Below are positions 39,455-48,440 of a stretch of 64,000 nucleotides of DNA, in pieces; the stretch's first letter is position 1; each line of letters starts with the position of its first letter. The notes under the pieces were generated by a model. That model was not told the DNA's origin. It was given only the letters and a program-made list of their open reading frames with translations, and ran no database searches. A program made the translations under genes and the position numbers. Source of the stretch: Lachnospiraceae bacterium (GTDB lineage Bacteria > Bacillota > Clostridia > Lachnospirales > Lachnospiraceae); the NCBI GenBank assembly GCA_016283755.1, contig JAEENO010000049.1, positions 3,342 to 67,341 of the forward strand. The letters run 5' to 3'.

Positions 39455-40648
39455 TTACTTTACAAGTGCAACTGTCTCTCTTGCAATCTTAAGCTCTTCA
39501 TTGGTCGGGATTACAAATACCTTAACCTTTGAATCAGGTGTGGAAATAAGAACTTCCTCACCGCGAATCTTATTCTTCTCAAGGTCGATATTGATTCCGA
39601 GATATCCGAAGTACTTCATAACTTCTTCTCTTGTATGAGCATCATTTTCACCGATACCTGCTGTAAAGCAGATAACGTCAACACCGTTCATTGCTGCAAC
39701 ATATCCACCGACAGTTTTTGCTACTCTATAGAAGAATACATCCATAGCTGCCTGAGCTCTCTTGTTGCCTTCCTTAGCTGCTGTCTCAACGTCACGGCAG
39801 TCAGAAGATACGCCTGAAATTCCCTGGAATCCTGACTTCTTGTTAAGGATGGTCATCATATCGGCATATGAGATTCCTTCCTTCTTCATAATATACTCAA
39901 GAGCACCCGGATCGATATCACCGGATCTTGTTCCCATGATAAGACCTTCAAGTGGTGTAAGACCCATTGAAGTATCAACGGACTTTCCGTTCTCTACAGC
40001 GCAGATTGAAGAACCGTTACCTAAATGGCATACGATTGTCTTACATGCTTCATAAGGCTTGCCTGCAAGCTCAGCTGCACGCTTTGATACAAAGCTGTGT
40101 GAACTTCCATGGAAACCGTATTTACGAACGCCGTACTTCTCGTAGTACTCATATGGTGTTCCGTAAAGATAAGCCTTCTCAGGCATTGTCTGATGGAATG
40201 CTGTATCAAATACACCAACCATAGGTACGTTTGGCATAAGCTCACGGCATGCATTGATACCGATAATGTTAGCAGGGTTATGAAGAGGTGCAAGATCATT
40301 ACACTCTTCAACAGCCTTAATAACTTCATCTGTAATGATAACCGACTTATTAAACTTCTCACCACCGTGTACAAGACGATGTCCTACAGCATCAATCTCA
40401 CTTAAGGATTTTAATGCGCCTGTCTTCTCGTTGGTTAAAGCATCAATAACAAGCTTGATTGCTTCCTTGTGGTTAGGCATAGGTGAAACTGTCTTCTCTT
40501 TCTCGCCGTTTGCAGGCTTATAAGTAATGCAGCTTTCATCCATACCGATTCTCTCGCAAAGACCTGATGCCTTAACATTCTCTGTTGCGGAATCGATCAA
40601 CTGAAACTTAAGTGAAGAACTACCACAGTTAATAACTAAAATGTTCAT
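39455..40648 (-). CDS. ackA: acetate kinase
   Basis: 397-aa ORF with N-terminus [17 protein letters not shown] and typical AckA length. Confidence 0.95.
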   Translation of the reverse strand: MNILVINCGSSSLKFQLIDSATENVKASGLCERIGMDESCITYKPANGEKEKTVSPMPNHKEAIKLVIDALTNEKTGALKSLSEIDAVGHRLVHGGEKFNKSVIITDEVIKAVEECNDLAPLHNPANIIGINACRELMPNVPMVGVFDTAFHQTMPEKAYLYGTPYEYYEKYGVRKYGFHGSSHSFVSKRAAELAGKPYEACKTIVCHLGNGSSICAVENGKSVDTSMGLTPLEGLIMGTRSGDIDPGALEYIMKKEGISYADMMTILNKKSGFQGISGVSSDCRDVETAAKEGNKRAQAAMDVFFYRVAKTVGGYVAAMNGVDVICFTAGIGENDAHTREEVMKYFGYLGINIDLEKNKIRGEEVLISTPDSKVKVFVIPTNEELKIARETVALVK

Positions 40649-40669
40649 CTTATATATCTCCTTATATTA

Positions 40670-41269
40670 TTATTTATCATCTTCATCCTCATTAAGCTTG
40701 GTAACCTTCTGCTTAATGCGGTTAAGAGCATTATCTATCGCCTTATCGCTTTTACTTAAACGCACTGCTATCTCGTGATAATTATGACCGTTAATATGAA
40801 GCAAAAAAACTTCCCACTCAAGCGGGCTTAAGGCCTTTTTAATCTTTTTCAGCATCAAGCTTACGCTTTCCTTATCGATATACTGCCTCTCCGGCTCATG
40901 TGCCTCTATATCCTCTATGATATCTTCAAGCGTATATTCCTCATCCTCGCGAAGCCTTATATCAAAGGATATGTAGCTGTTCAACGGACCGTGCTTATAG
41001 CGATTGGCTGCTTCTATCGCATGATTCATCTGACCTGCAATACAGGTATTGGCAAAGGTCTTGAATGACGCGTTTTTATCGGAGGAATATGTCGTTATTG
41101 CATTGAATAAACCGATCATTCCTTCCTGGATAAGGTCTTCCTTATCAGCACCTATAAGGAAAAGCGCATTAGCCTTCTTTCTTACAAGTGACTTATATCT
41201 CTCGACAAGCTCATTTACGGCGTTGCTGTCTTTGCTTTGCGCAAGCTTCACCAATTCTTCGTCTGTCAT
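40670..41269 (-). CDS. sigH: RNA polymerase sigma factor SigH (sigma-30 type)
   Basis: 199-aa sigma-70 family ORF (regions 2 and 4). It is in the conserved cysS-mrnC-rlmB-sigH gene order of Firmicutes. Confidence 0.85.
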   Translation of the reverse strand: MTDEELVKLAQSKDSNAVNELVERYKSLVRKKANALFLIGADKEDLIQEGMIGLFNAITTYSSDKNASFKTFANTCIAGQMNHAIEAANRYKHGPLNSYISFDIRLREDEEYTLEDIIEDIEAHEPERQYIDKESVSLMLKKIKKALSPLEWEVFLLHINGHNYHEIAVRLSKSDKAIDNALNRIKQKVTKLNEDEDDK

Positions 41270-41319
41270 ATTTTCGCTTTCTCCCCTTAAGTGAATGTCC
41301 CACGTTATAAAAGCTCTTA

Positions 41320-42078
41320 TTAACCATGCATTCTCTGGCGCACTATCTCGTAAGCAAGAACACCGGTTGCAACCGATGCGTTAAGGGAATCAATATCGCC
41401 CTTCATAGGAATAGACGCTACCATGTCGCAATTCTCCTTAACAAGCTTACTTACGCCCTCGCCCTCATTACCGATAACAAGTCCTATAGAACCCGTAAGA
41501 TTAAGGTCATACATTGTGGTTCCGCCCATATCTGCACATACGAACCACATTCCTTCATCCTTAAGGCGCTTAATCGTATCATTAAGATTGGTAACACGTG
41601 CTACCATCGTATAATTCAAAGCTCCCGCAGATGTCTTGGCAACAGTCGCCGTAAGTCCTACCGCACGCCTTTTCGGAATAATTACACCATGTGCACCGGC
41701 AAGGTTGGCTGTTCTTATAATTGCGCCAAGGTTATGCGGATCTTCTATTCCGTCCAGGATAAATAAAAAAGGTGCTTCGTTTTTACTTCTTGCAAGTTCA
41801 AGCATATCCTCTACTTCATAATACTTATATGCGGCAATTACTGCAATCGCACCCTGATGTGCCTTGGTCTCGGAAAGCTGATCCAAACGCTGCTTACTTA
41901 CGAACTGAATAAGTGTGTCGCACTTTTTTGCTTCACGAAGGATTGTTCTTATAGGGCCATCCTGACATCCGTCAAGAAGGTAGACCTTATCAATGGTCTG
42001 TCCCGAACGGAATGCTTCTAATACTGCATTTCTTCCTTCTATCTGTTGTACATTTTCCATTATATCTCTTTCAGCCAT
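41320..42078 (-). CDS. rlmB: 23S rRNA (guanosine-2'-O)-methyltransferase RlmB (SpoU/TrmH family)
   Basis: 252-aa ORF with SpoU motifs (LDGIEDPHNLGAIIRT, GNEGEGVS). AAGGAAG lies 7 nt upstream of the ATG at 42078. Confidence 0.85.
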   Translation of the reverse strand: MAERDIMENVQQIEGRNAVLEAFRSGQTIDKVYLLDGCQDGPIRTILREAKKCDTLIQFVSKQRLDQLSETKAHQGAIAVIAAYKYYEVEDMLELARSKNEAPFLFILDGIEDPHNLGAIIRTANLAGAHGVIIPKRRAVGLTATVAKTSAGALNYTMVARVTNLNDTIKRLKDEGMWFVCADMGGTTMYDLNLTGSIGLVIGNEGEGVSKLVKENCDMVASIPMKGDIDSLNASVATGVLAYEIVRQRMHG

Positions 42079-42518
42079 GCAAATTCTTCCTTTTCCAATC
42101 CGAACTTAATTAGTTCCAACAATCTGTCCATCTGATTTGTAAGATATAAGTATCCCACAAGTGCCTCTAAAGCCGTCGCCATTCTGTAATCCGCAACCGT
42201 CGCGTTCTTTGCAGTCGTAGCAGACTTTGCATTTCGACCTCTTCGCAATACATCCGCCTCTTCCTCATCAAGAATCGGTGAGATTATATCTGCGAGTACT
42301 GCCTGCGAATGCGCTTTTACAAGTGTGGTTGTGGCCTGATGAAGCTTGGATGTCTGCCTGTTGCCCTTGCCTACCACAATCGTACGTATAATTATCTCAT
42401 ACACGGCATCGCCTATATATGCAAGCGTAAGCGGTGAATATGTCCTGATATCCACATCGCCTATGCCGAAGTAATTCTTAATATAGCTGTCAAGCTCCAT
42501 TCCTACTGAATCTGCCAT
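42060..42518 (-). CDS. mrnC: mini-ribonuclease III
   Basis: 152-aa ORF with an RNase III-like motif LAYIGDAVYE and no dsRBD. It is located between cysS and rlmB. Confidence 0.85.
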   Translation of the reverse strand: MADSVGMELDSYIKNYFGIGDVDIRTYSPLTLAYIGDAVYEIIIRTIVVGKGNRQTSKLHQATTTLVKAHSQAVLADIISPILDEEEADVLRRGRNAKSATTAKNATVADYRMATALEALVGYLYLTNQMDRLLELIKFGLEKEEFAWLKEI

Positions 42519-43930
42519 GTAACTCCTTCTCTTGTATCCTTAATAACAACACCTTTTGATAAAAGCTCATCTCTTATGGCATCTGCTGCAGCAAAATCCT
42601 TGTTCTTCTTTGCCTCGGCGCGCTCAGCAATCTTTGCTTCGATGAAAGCTTTTAATTCATCGTCAACTTCTGTCGCACCGTCTCCCAAAGAATCTGCTTT
42701 ATTTAAAAGGTCTAACGACAATACCTTGTCGAATTCATCTATTAATGCACGCTTGGTAGCACCATTTGTACCGGCCTTCAATACATCATATAATACCGTA
42801 ATCGCATTACTTGTATTAATGTCATTTGAAAGTGCGTCTTCGAAATTCTTTCTGTATGTATCAAATACTTCAGTATCTACTGCTCCGTCTTTACCTACTT
42901 CCGCAATTTTCTTCAACAACTTGTTAAATGCGGTTGTTGCCTGATCAAGTGCTTCGTAAGAGAACTCAAGCGGCTTTCTGTAGTGTGACTGTAAGCAGAA
43001 GAATCTATAGGCAAGCGGATCGTAGCCATTCTCCTTAAGAACGGATACGGTTAAGATATTACCCTTTGACTTACTCATCTTACCGGAGCGATCGTTTAAG
43101 TGATGTACATGGAACCAGTAATTGCACCACTTATGACCTAAGTAGCTTTCCGACTGAGCAATTTCATTGGTATGATGCGGGAAGATATTATCAACTCCGC
43201 CGCAGTGAATATCCATATACTCACCGAGATGCTTCATTGAGATGCATGAGCACTCGATATGCCAGCCCGGATAACCTACACCCCAAGGGCTGTCCCACTT
43301 TAATGCCTGGTCTTCAAACTTCGACTTGGTAAACCAGAGAACAAAGTCATTCTTATTTCTCTTATTGTCATCAACGGATACGTCATCACGAACGCCCTGC
43401 ATAAGCTCATCCTCATCTACTCCCGATGAGAATACATAATACTTATCAAGCTTGCTTGTATCAAAATATACGTTACCTCCGGCTACATAAGCATATCCCT
43501 TCTCGAGAAGTACCTCTATCATATGGATAAACTCATCAATGCAATGAGTTGCCGGTTCTACGTAATCAGGCCACTTAATATTAAGTGCCGCACAGTCATT
43601 CTTAAAGGCTTCCGTATACTGTGCTGCAATCTCCATAACAGTCTTATGCTCACGCTGTGCTCCCTTAAGCATCTTATCTTCGCCTGTATCGCCGTCTGAT
43701 GAGAGATGTCCTACATCGGTTATATTCATTACACGCTTAACATCATAACCCACGAATCTTAAGGTCTTCTCAAGAACATCTTCCATGATGTAAGATCTTA
43801 AGTTGCCGATATGTGCAAAATGATATACTGTAGGACCGCATGTATACATACCTACCTTGCCGTCTTCATTCGGAATGAACTTTTCAATCTTTCTTGTTAA
43901 TGTATTATATAAAGTTACGTTATTTTCCAT
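42503..43930 (-). CDS. cysS: cysteine--tRNA ligase
   Basis: 475-aa ORF with class I motifs (CGPTVYHFAHIGN, KMSKSKGN). Confidence 0.93.
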   Translation of the reverse strand: MENNVTLYNTLTRKIEKFIPNEDGKVGMYTCGPTVYHFAHIGNLRSYIMEDVLEKTLRFVGYDVKRVMNITDVGHLSSDGDTGEDKMLKGAQREHKTVMEIAAQYTEAFKNDCAALNIKWPDYVEPATHCIDEFIHMIEVLLEKGYAYVAGGNVYFDTSKLDKYYVFSSGVDEDELMQGVRDDVSVDDNKRNKNDFVLWFTKSKFEDQALKWDSPWGVGYPGWHIECSCISMKHLGEYMDIHCGGVDNIFPHHTNEIAQSESYLGHKWCNYWFHVHHLNDRSGKMSKSKGNILTVSVLKENGYDPLAYRFFCLQSHYRKPLEFSYEALDQATTAFNKLLKKIAEVGKDGAVDTEVFDTYRKNFEDALSNDINTSNAITVLYDVLKAGTNGATKRALIDEFDKVLSLDLLNKADSLGDGATEVDDELKAFIEAKIAERAEAKKNKDFAAADAIRDELLSKGVVIKDTREGVTWQIQ

Positions 43931-44007
43931 TATTATTACCTCTTTCGCTTATGTTCTGTACTATTATAATGCGCTTTTAAATGCGCGCTTTTTACGGAGC
44001 CTACGAA

Positions 44008-44481
44008 TTACATAGACTCCAAAATACAGACTGCGTTAGCGGCAATTCCTTCACGCCTGCCCGTAAAGCCAAGCCCCTCTTCGGTTGTGGCTTTAATCGA
44101 TACCTGATCTATATCAATTTTAAGTGTATCCGCTATATTCTTTCTCATCTCATCTATATAGGGGCGTAATTTCGGCTTTTCAGCAATAATCGTCGCATCA
44201 ATATTACCTACCCTATATCCCTTTTCTCCTATTATATCCTTAACGCATGAAAGAAGCTTAAGACTGTCTATACCCCTATACTTTTCATCCGTATCCGGGA
44301 AGTGATACCCTATATCATAACTTGCGGCCGCACCAAGAAGCGCATCCATAATTGCATGAGTCAATACATCGGCATCGGAATGTCCGAGTAAACCAAACTC
44401 ATGCTCGATTTTAACGCCACCTAAGATAAGGTCGCGTCCACTAACCAATTTATGAACATCATAACCGCTTCCGATTCGCAT
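44008..44481 (-). CDS. ispF: 2-C-methyl-D-erythritol 2,4-cyclodiphosphate synthase
   Basis: 157-aa ORF with [12 protein letters not shown] and [11 protein letters not shown] motifs. Confidence 0.93.
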   Translation of the reverse strand: MRIGSGYDVHKLVSGRDLILGGVKIEHEFGLLGHSDADVLTHAIMDALLGAAASYDIGYHFPDTDEKYRGIDSLKLLSCVKDIIGEKGYRVGNIDATIIAEKPKLRPYIDEMRKNIADTLKIDIDQVSIKATTEEGLGFTGRREGIAANAVCILESM

Positions 44482-44570
44482 AATTACCTCCTACGCATAC
44501 ATAGAAAATTATAACAAAAACAATGGAGCAAGTAAATATATAACCCTTTGGAACATTAATAAAAAGCAAC

Positions 44571-44599
44571 TTGATTATATCACGGTATCGTGATATAAT
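44571..44599 (+). promoter_or_regulatory. sigma-A consensus promoter with embedded perfect palindrome (candidate operator)
   Basis: TTGATT (44571-44576), a 17-nt spacer, then TATAAT (44594-44599). The spacer and the first part of the -10 form ATATCACG-gtat-CGTGATAT (44577-44596). Confidence 0.6.
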
Positions 44600-44629
44600 T
44601 CAGATATAAAGTATTAAGGAGTGTTGCCA

Positions 44630-44884
44630 ATGCCTGTTCTATCCAGATTCTACGGAATTATCATTAAGATGTACTTCCAACAAGCAGAACATAATCCACC
44701 GCATATTCATGCAATCTATAGTGAAGATACAGCTGCCATCGATATTCAAACAGGTGAAATAATGGAAGGTTTCTTACCACCCAAGGCAATCTCTATGGTC
44801 CGTGAATGGATTACTCTCAATAAAACAGAGTTATTAAATATGTGGGATAGTCAGGAGTTTAAGGCGCTTCCCCCACTTGAATAA
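44630..44884 (+). CDS. DUF4160-family small protein
   Basis: 84-aa ORF, MPVLSRFYGIIIKMYFQQAEHNPPHIHA..., matching the family hallmark RFYG..I.MY....H.PPH.H. Start placed at the ATG at 44630, 8 nt after AAGGAG; the ORF-track start at 44621 is a GTG. Confidence 0.75.
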   Translation: MPVLSRFYGIIIKMYFQQAEHNPPHIHAIYSEDTAAIDIQTGEIMEGFLPPKAISMVREWITLNKTELLNMWDSQEFKALPPLE

Positions 44885-44896
44885 GAAGGTGATCAT

Positions 44897-45334
44897 ATGT
44901 TTCATAAGATACGCGCAGTTAATGCGATTCAGGATTATAAGATAAGTGTTCAATTCGTCGAAGGGGTAACCAAGATTTACGACGTTGAGCTTTTGTTTGA
45001 AAAATGGCCTGCATTCAAGGCTCTTGAAGATAATAAAGAATTATTCTCCGATGTTGAGGTTGATCAAGGAGGATATGGTATATCATGGAATGATGATATT
45101 GATTTATCTTGCGACGAACTCTTTAACAACGGTGTTACTAAGAAGAGCCCGTTTGATGGTCTTATAGCCTTTACAGATGCGACCGAAATGTGGGGATTAA
45201 ATGAAAGTACTCTACGCAAAGCAATTGCTTATGGCAAGCTAATAAACGGCATTGATGCCTGTAAATTCGGAAAGCAATGGGTTATATCAACCGAAGCTAT
45301 GGAACGAGAATACGGCAAGCCACAATCGATTTAA
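44897..45334 (+). CDS. DUF2442-like domain fused to a C-terminal helix-turn-helix (excisionase/MerR-like) domain
   Basis: 145-aa ORF. The N-terminal ~80 aa resemble DUF2442 (the usual partner of DUF4160). The C-terminus ATEMWGLNESTLRKAIAYGKLINGIDACKFGKQWVIS has an HTH pattern. It starts 12 nt after the upstream gene. Confidence 0.65.
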   Translation: MFHKIRAVNAIQDYKISVQFVEGVTKIYDVELLFEKWPAFKALEDNKELFSDVEVDQGGYGISWNDDIDLSCDELFNNGVTKKSPFDGLIAFTDATEMWGLNESTLRKAIAYGKLINGIDACKFGKQWVISTEAMEREYGKPQSI

Positions 45335-45342
45335 TTTACAAC

Positions 45343-45368
45343 ATTACTCATCCTTTTGGATGAGTAAT
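45343..45368 (+). terminator. hairpin after the DUF2442 gene (weak terminator)
   Basis: Perfect 11-bp stem ATTACTCATCC-tttt-GGATGAGTAAT. There is no clear T-run afterwards. Confidence 0.4.
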
Positions 45369-45399
45369 TACAAAACAAGGCTCGGGATTTCAGAGCCTT
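45366..45399 (-). terminator. intrinsic terminator ending the J-domain cluster
   Basis: AAGGCTC-9 nt-GAGCCTT (45377-45399), followed on the minus strand by GTTTTGTAATT. Confidence 0.55.
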
Positions 45400-45830
45400 T
45401 ACTTATCATCCATAAGGATTAATCTTCTTATTATCTCCGCAGCGCGTCTTGCATGTTCCATTTCCTGCTTCTTGGCTTCTCGCTCTTTCTTACGCTCCTG
45501 CTCTTTTTTTACAAGTTCTTCACGCTTCTCATCCATCTGCACTTTATACTGCTTCTCGAAGCGCTCTCGTTCTTTCTTATTACGATTAATATCCGAATAC
45601 CCACCGGGCTTTCCGATGATTCGTCGTGGAAACATCGGCTCATCGCTTTTATTCATAAGATGCTCATATGCCGCACGAATCAGCTCATAGGCTTCTTTTT
45701 TACCCGTAAGCTCATTATCAGGATGATACTTCTTGGCAAGCGCGTGGTAAGCCCTTTTAACTGCTGCCTTATCACGACCATCCTTTAATCCCAATATCTC
45801 CAATGCCTGACTATCCGTCAATACGTACAT
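45399..45830 (-). CDS. J-domain protein with K/E/R-rich charged C-terminal tail
   Basis: J-domain helix II-HPD: AVKRAYHALAKKYHPDN. There is no G/F region and no CxxCxGxG zinc finger. Start placed at the ATG at 45830, 6 nt after AAGAGGA; the ORF-track start is a GTG. Confidence 0.8.
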   Translation of the reverse strand: MYVLTDSQALEILGLKDGRDKAAVKRAYHALAKKYHPDNELTGKKEAYELIRAAYEHLMNKSDEPMFPRRIIGKPGGYSDINRNKKERERFEKQYKVQMDEKREELVKKEQERKKEREAKKQEMEHARRAAEIIRRLILMDDK

Positions 45831-45869
45831 ACATAATCCTCTTACATCCACAAATCGTGGTTGCCGACA

Positions 45870-46430
45870 CTAATTATCCTGATTCACCATACGCTTTACC
45901 GTATTCATCACATATCTCGAATACACGATATAGGCCCTGTCAATAATCAATACCATAACAATGGCTATAACCAGACACAATACGATTTTAAGTGCAAGAC
46001 TTAAATCCGGGAATAATCCGGGCATAAGCGCATCAAGGCCAAACAAATAGAATTCTATAGCGCCCTCTATCACCAGAGGAATAATTAAAGCCCCTGCCTT
46101 GACGCTCCATTCCAATACCGGATTAACACTATTACCGCTTCTTTTCTTTTCAAGGAAAAACTCTTCAGCCAGTACATAAGCTGCACATATTGAATAAGTA
46201 AGGCAATACGTCTTCTTCGGTGCCAGCATAAGTCCGAGCAAAAATGTTGCTGTTCCTGCACTTATTCCATATACGAGATTCGTAACCATCATTACCGTCC
46301 CGATAAAAAAGGCCGCCAACACTATAAAAAACATGGAACTCGTATTAATAACACCGCTTAGAATAAGACATACCACAGCTAATGCTGTAAACAGTCCTCC
46401 TATTGCAACTGCTTTTGCTTTTAGAAGCAT
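45870..46430 (-). CDS. polytopic membrane protein (5-6 TM), family not recognised
   Basis: Hydrophobic 186-aa ORF. Start placed at the ATG at 46430, 10 nt after GGGAGGAG. It overlaps the stop of the upstream J-protein gene by 10 nt. Confidence 0.65.
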   Translation of the reverse strand: MLLKAKAVAIGGLFTALAVVCLILSGVINTSSMFFIVLAAFFIGTVMMVTNLVYGISAGTATFLLGLMLAPKKTYCLTYSICAAYVLAEEFFLEKKRSGNSVNPVLEWSVKAGALIIPLVIEGAIEFYLFGLDALMPGLFPDLSLALKIVLCLVIAIVMVLIIDRAYIVYSRYVMNTVKRMVNQDN

Positions 46431-46831
46431 GAGCAAAGATCTCCTCCCATACATTCGCAACAGGTATCGGCACACCATAACTTACAACACAAATCACAGC
46501 ATCCGTCATCACCGCCGCCGCAACATCCATCATTATTATTCTGTCTGCCATAATTATTGGCATTATAGTCATACTGCTGATTATAAGCATTCTGCTGATT
46601 GTAGTTCGCCTGCTGATAATTGCCTCCGAATCCATTCTTACGCATATTCATTATCTCATCATAAGCTTCAATAACTTCTTCGTACTTCTCTACCGCAAGA
46701 TCCTCTAAAGGATTATTGGTTCCTGCATAATTATCCGGATGATATTTCTTAAGAAGCGCCTTATATGCGCTTTTAATCTCATCATCGCTTGCATTCGGGG
46801 TAACACCCAAAACCTTATACGGATCCTTCAT
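46421..46831 (-). CDS. J-domain protein with Q/N/Y-rich linker and C-terminal cysteine string
   Basis: 136-aa ORF. It has a J domain (DPYKVLGV...IKSAYKALLKKYHPDN), then the linker NYQQANYNQQNAYNQQYDYNANNYGRQNNN, then DGCCGGGDDGCCDLCCKLWCADTCCECMGGDLCSCF (12 Cys in 36 aa). Confidence 0.85.
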   Translation of the reverse strand: MKDPYKVLGVTPNASDDEIKSAYKALLKKYHPDNYAGTNNPLEDLAVEKYEEVIEAYDEIMNMRKNGFGGNYQQANYNQQNAYNQQYDYNANNYGRQNNNDGCCGGGDDGCCDLCCKLWCADTCCECMGGDLCSCF

Positions 46832-47657
46832 TTTTCTTTTTCTCCTTTATACCGTCAAACCTGCTCCAAACGCCTGCGTATATAATATTACGCAATATGT
46901 CACCATATAGAGTGCATGGTAATTTTTCAAAATGATACGCTGCTGCCGCCATTTCATCCTTAAGAATCTTCTCGGCTACCGCATCAAAATCACTTTCATT
47001 ATATATCATTTTAAGAGGATTGTAACGATTTTTCTTAATATCCTCGACAAGATCGTCATACGCATCCATCAAGTATATAAAGCGGCCCAGATGATAACCC
47101 ATCTTGCTTAAATCACCCTTATAAGGGTCATTTCCCTGCACGAACACTTCAGATAAAAGTTCTCCGAAGCAGGCTGCCGCCTTATCCGGTGTATCCTCTG
47201 TCACAGGTTCTTTCTCTATCTTATTTAATTCACCTAAGCACTTTCTGATAGTTTCTGCCTTATCTTCATGTATTCGGCTTAATTTCTTAAATTGATGCTT
47301 ATACAATGCCACACCGGCATGAGCTTTTATACTCTTATCATCCATAACGTCATCTTCGAAGTGAAGATAGGAAAGAATCAGATTAATATCTGCCGCATAA
47401 TCCGTGTAGATATTATGCGCTTCCTTATGCCTTTTCACGGGATTTGCGATACATCTTCTGTTCTTAAAAGAAGTCTCCGGCTCATAAAGCGAAGTAAGAA
47501 GAATTATAATAAACGTACAGTCATACGTTAACGTAATTCTCGACTTTAATCCGCCGCGCGAATCCAACGCTCTGCATAATCCGCAATAGAAACTTCTGTA
47601 TGTAGCATAATCCTTAATCTTAAGTTCCGGTTTAAGTGGTTTAATATATCCAAACAT
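46815..47657 (-). CDS. DUF5685-like protein
   Basis: 280-aa ORF. The N-terminus MFGYIKPLKPELKIKDYATYRSFYCGLCRAL matches my recollection of DUF5685. It overlaps the J-protein gene by 17 nt. Confidence 0.6.
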   Translation of the reverse strand: MFGYIKPLKPELKIKDYATYRSFYCGLCRALDSRGGLKSRITLTYDCTFIIILLTSLYEPETSFKNRRCIANPVKRHKEAHNIYTDYAADINLILSYLHFEDDVMDDKSIKAHAGVALYKHQFKKLSRIHEDKAETIRKCLGELNKIEKEPVTEDTPDKAAACFGELLSEVFVQGNDPYKGDLSKMGYHLGRFIYLMDAYDDLVEDIKKNRYNPLKMIYNESDFDAVAEKILKDEMAAAAYHFEKLPCTLYGDILRNIIYAGVWSRFDGIKEKKKNEGSV

Positions 47658-47729
47658 AAATATCTTCTATCTTTCAGCTTCCATCGTTTTTCTATTGCCC
47701 AAACGATACGCTCGATACAATAATCTTAA

Positions 47730-48419
47730 TCATCTTTTGCCTGCAAACGGACATCTATTACCGATGCACTGATTATTCTTGGCAGAATGGCCGCATATAA
47801 CCTTTCTCTTCTCCATCTTGATTCCAAAGTTTTCTTCCACAAAATCAATTGCGGAAAGTATCGAAAGATAAGAATCTCTCTTGCAGCATCTTGGGCCGCC
47901 GATATCGGCTATCGCATTAAGCGATTTTGCGGTCATCTTATGAGATAACGAAAACGGCTCGTTTGTAAGTGGTGTAGAACCCGATATTATGGACACAAAC
48001 ATACCCGAACTAATTCCCGCGCCACATGCTCCCCAGAAGCCGCAAGCTCCGCCCGGAACGCTTTTACCGCGATTCATCATCTCATTAAGCACTTTGCTTA
48101 AGTCAATATCGCCTCCTGCATTCTTATATGCGGTTAAAAGCGCGGAACCCACCATTACATGATGCTCCGGGCCATGCATATGACAGAACGGCATAGCCAT
48201 CATCTTTTCCATAATCTCAATCGGATCCTTTGATGTCTCACTAAGACATAAGCCTATTATCATATCAAGACCCGCGGTATGGCACTCATTACATACATAA
48301 TGCCCGTTTTCGCATCTTGTTTTGCTTAATTCTTTCTTATGACAGATTTCGCACTCCATCATTTCATCTTCTTCAAGATATATGAGCTTTTCCCCACATA
48401 TAAGACATTCGTCCTTCAT
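47730..48419 (-). CDS. Cys/His-rich putative metal-binding protein (possibly DUF5714-like)
   Basis: 229-aa ORF. It has an N-terminal zinc-ribbon-like CLICG..x17..CEICH..x8..C.NGHYVCNECH, a central FCHMHGPEHH, and a C-terminal C..x9..C...C. Confidence 0.5.
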   Translation of the reverse strand: MKDECLICGEKLIYLEEDEMMECEICHKKELSKTRCENGHYVCNECHTAGLDMIIGLCLSETSKDPIEIMEKMMAMPFCHMHGPEHHVMVGSALLTAYKNAGGDIDLSKVLNEMMNRGKSVPGGACGFWGACGAGISSGMFVSIISGSTPLTNEPFSLSHKMTAKSLNAIADIGGPRCCKRDSYLSILSAIDFVEENFGIKMEKRKVICGHSAKNNQCIGNRCPFAGKR

Positions 48420-48440
48420 CTTAAACCCCTTTCCATAACT

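Noticed and set aside
39330-39638. 102-aa plus-strand ORF starting MAQSVERHIGNVEV
   Set aside because: It starts inside tRNA-Thr, reads through the bidirectional terminator and then runs antisense into ackA, so it is not a gene.
46333-46674. His/Tyr/Ser-rich 113-aa plus-strand ORF
   Set aside because: It is antisense to the Q/N/Y linker and cysteine string of the J protein, so it is a codon-complement artefact.
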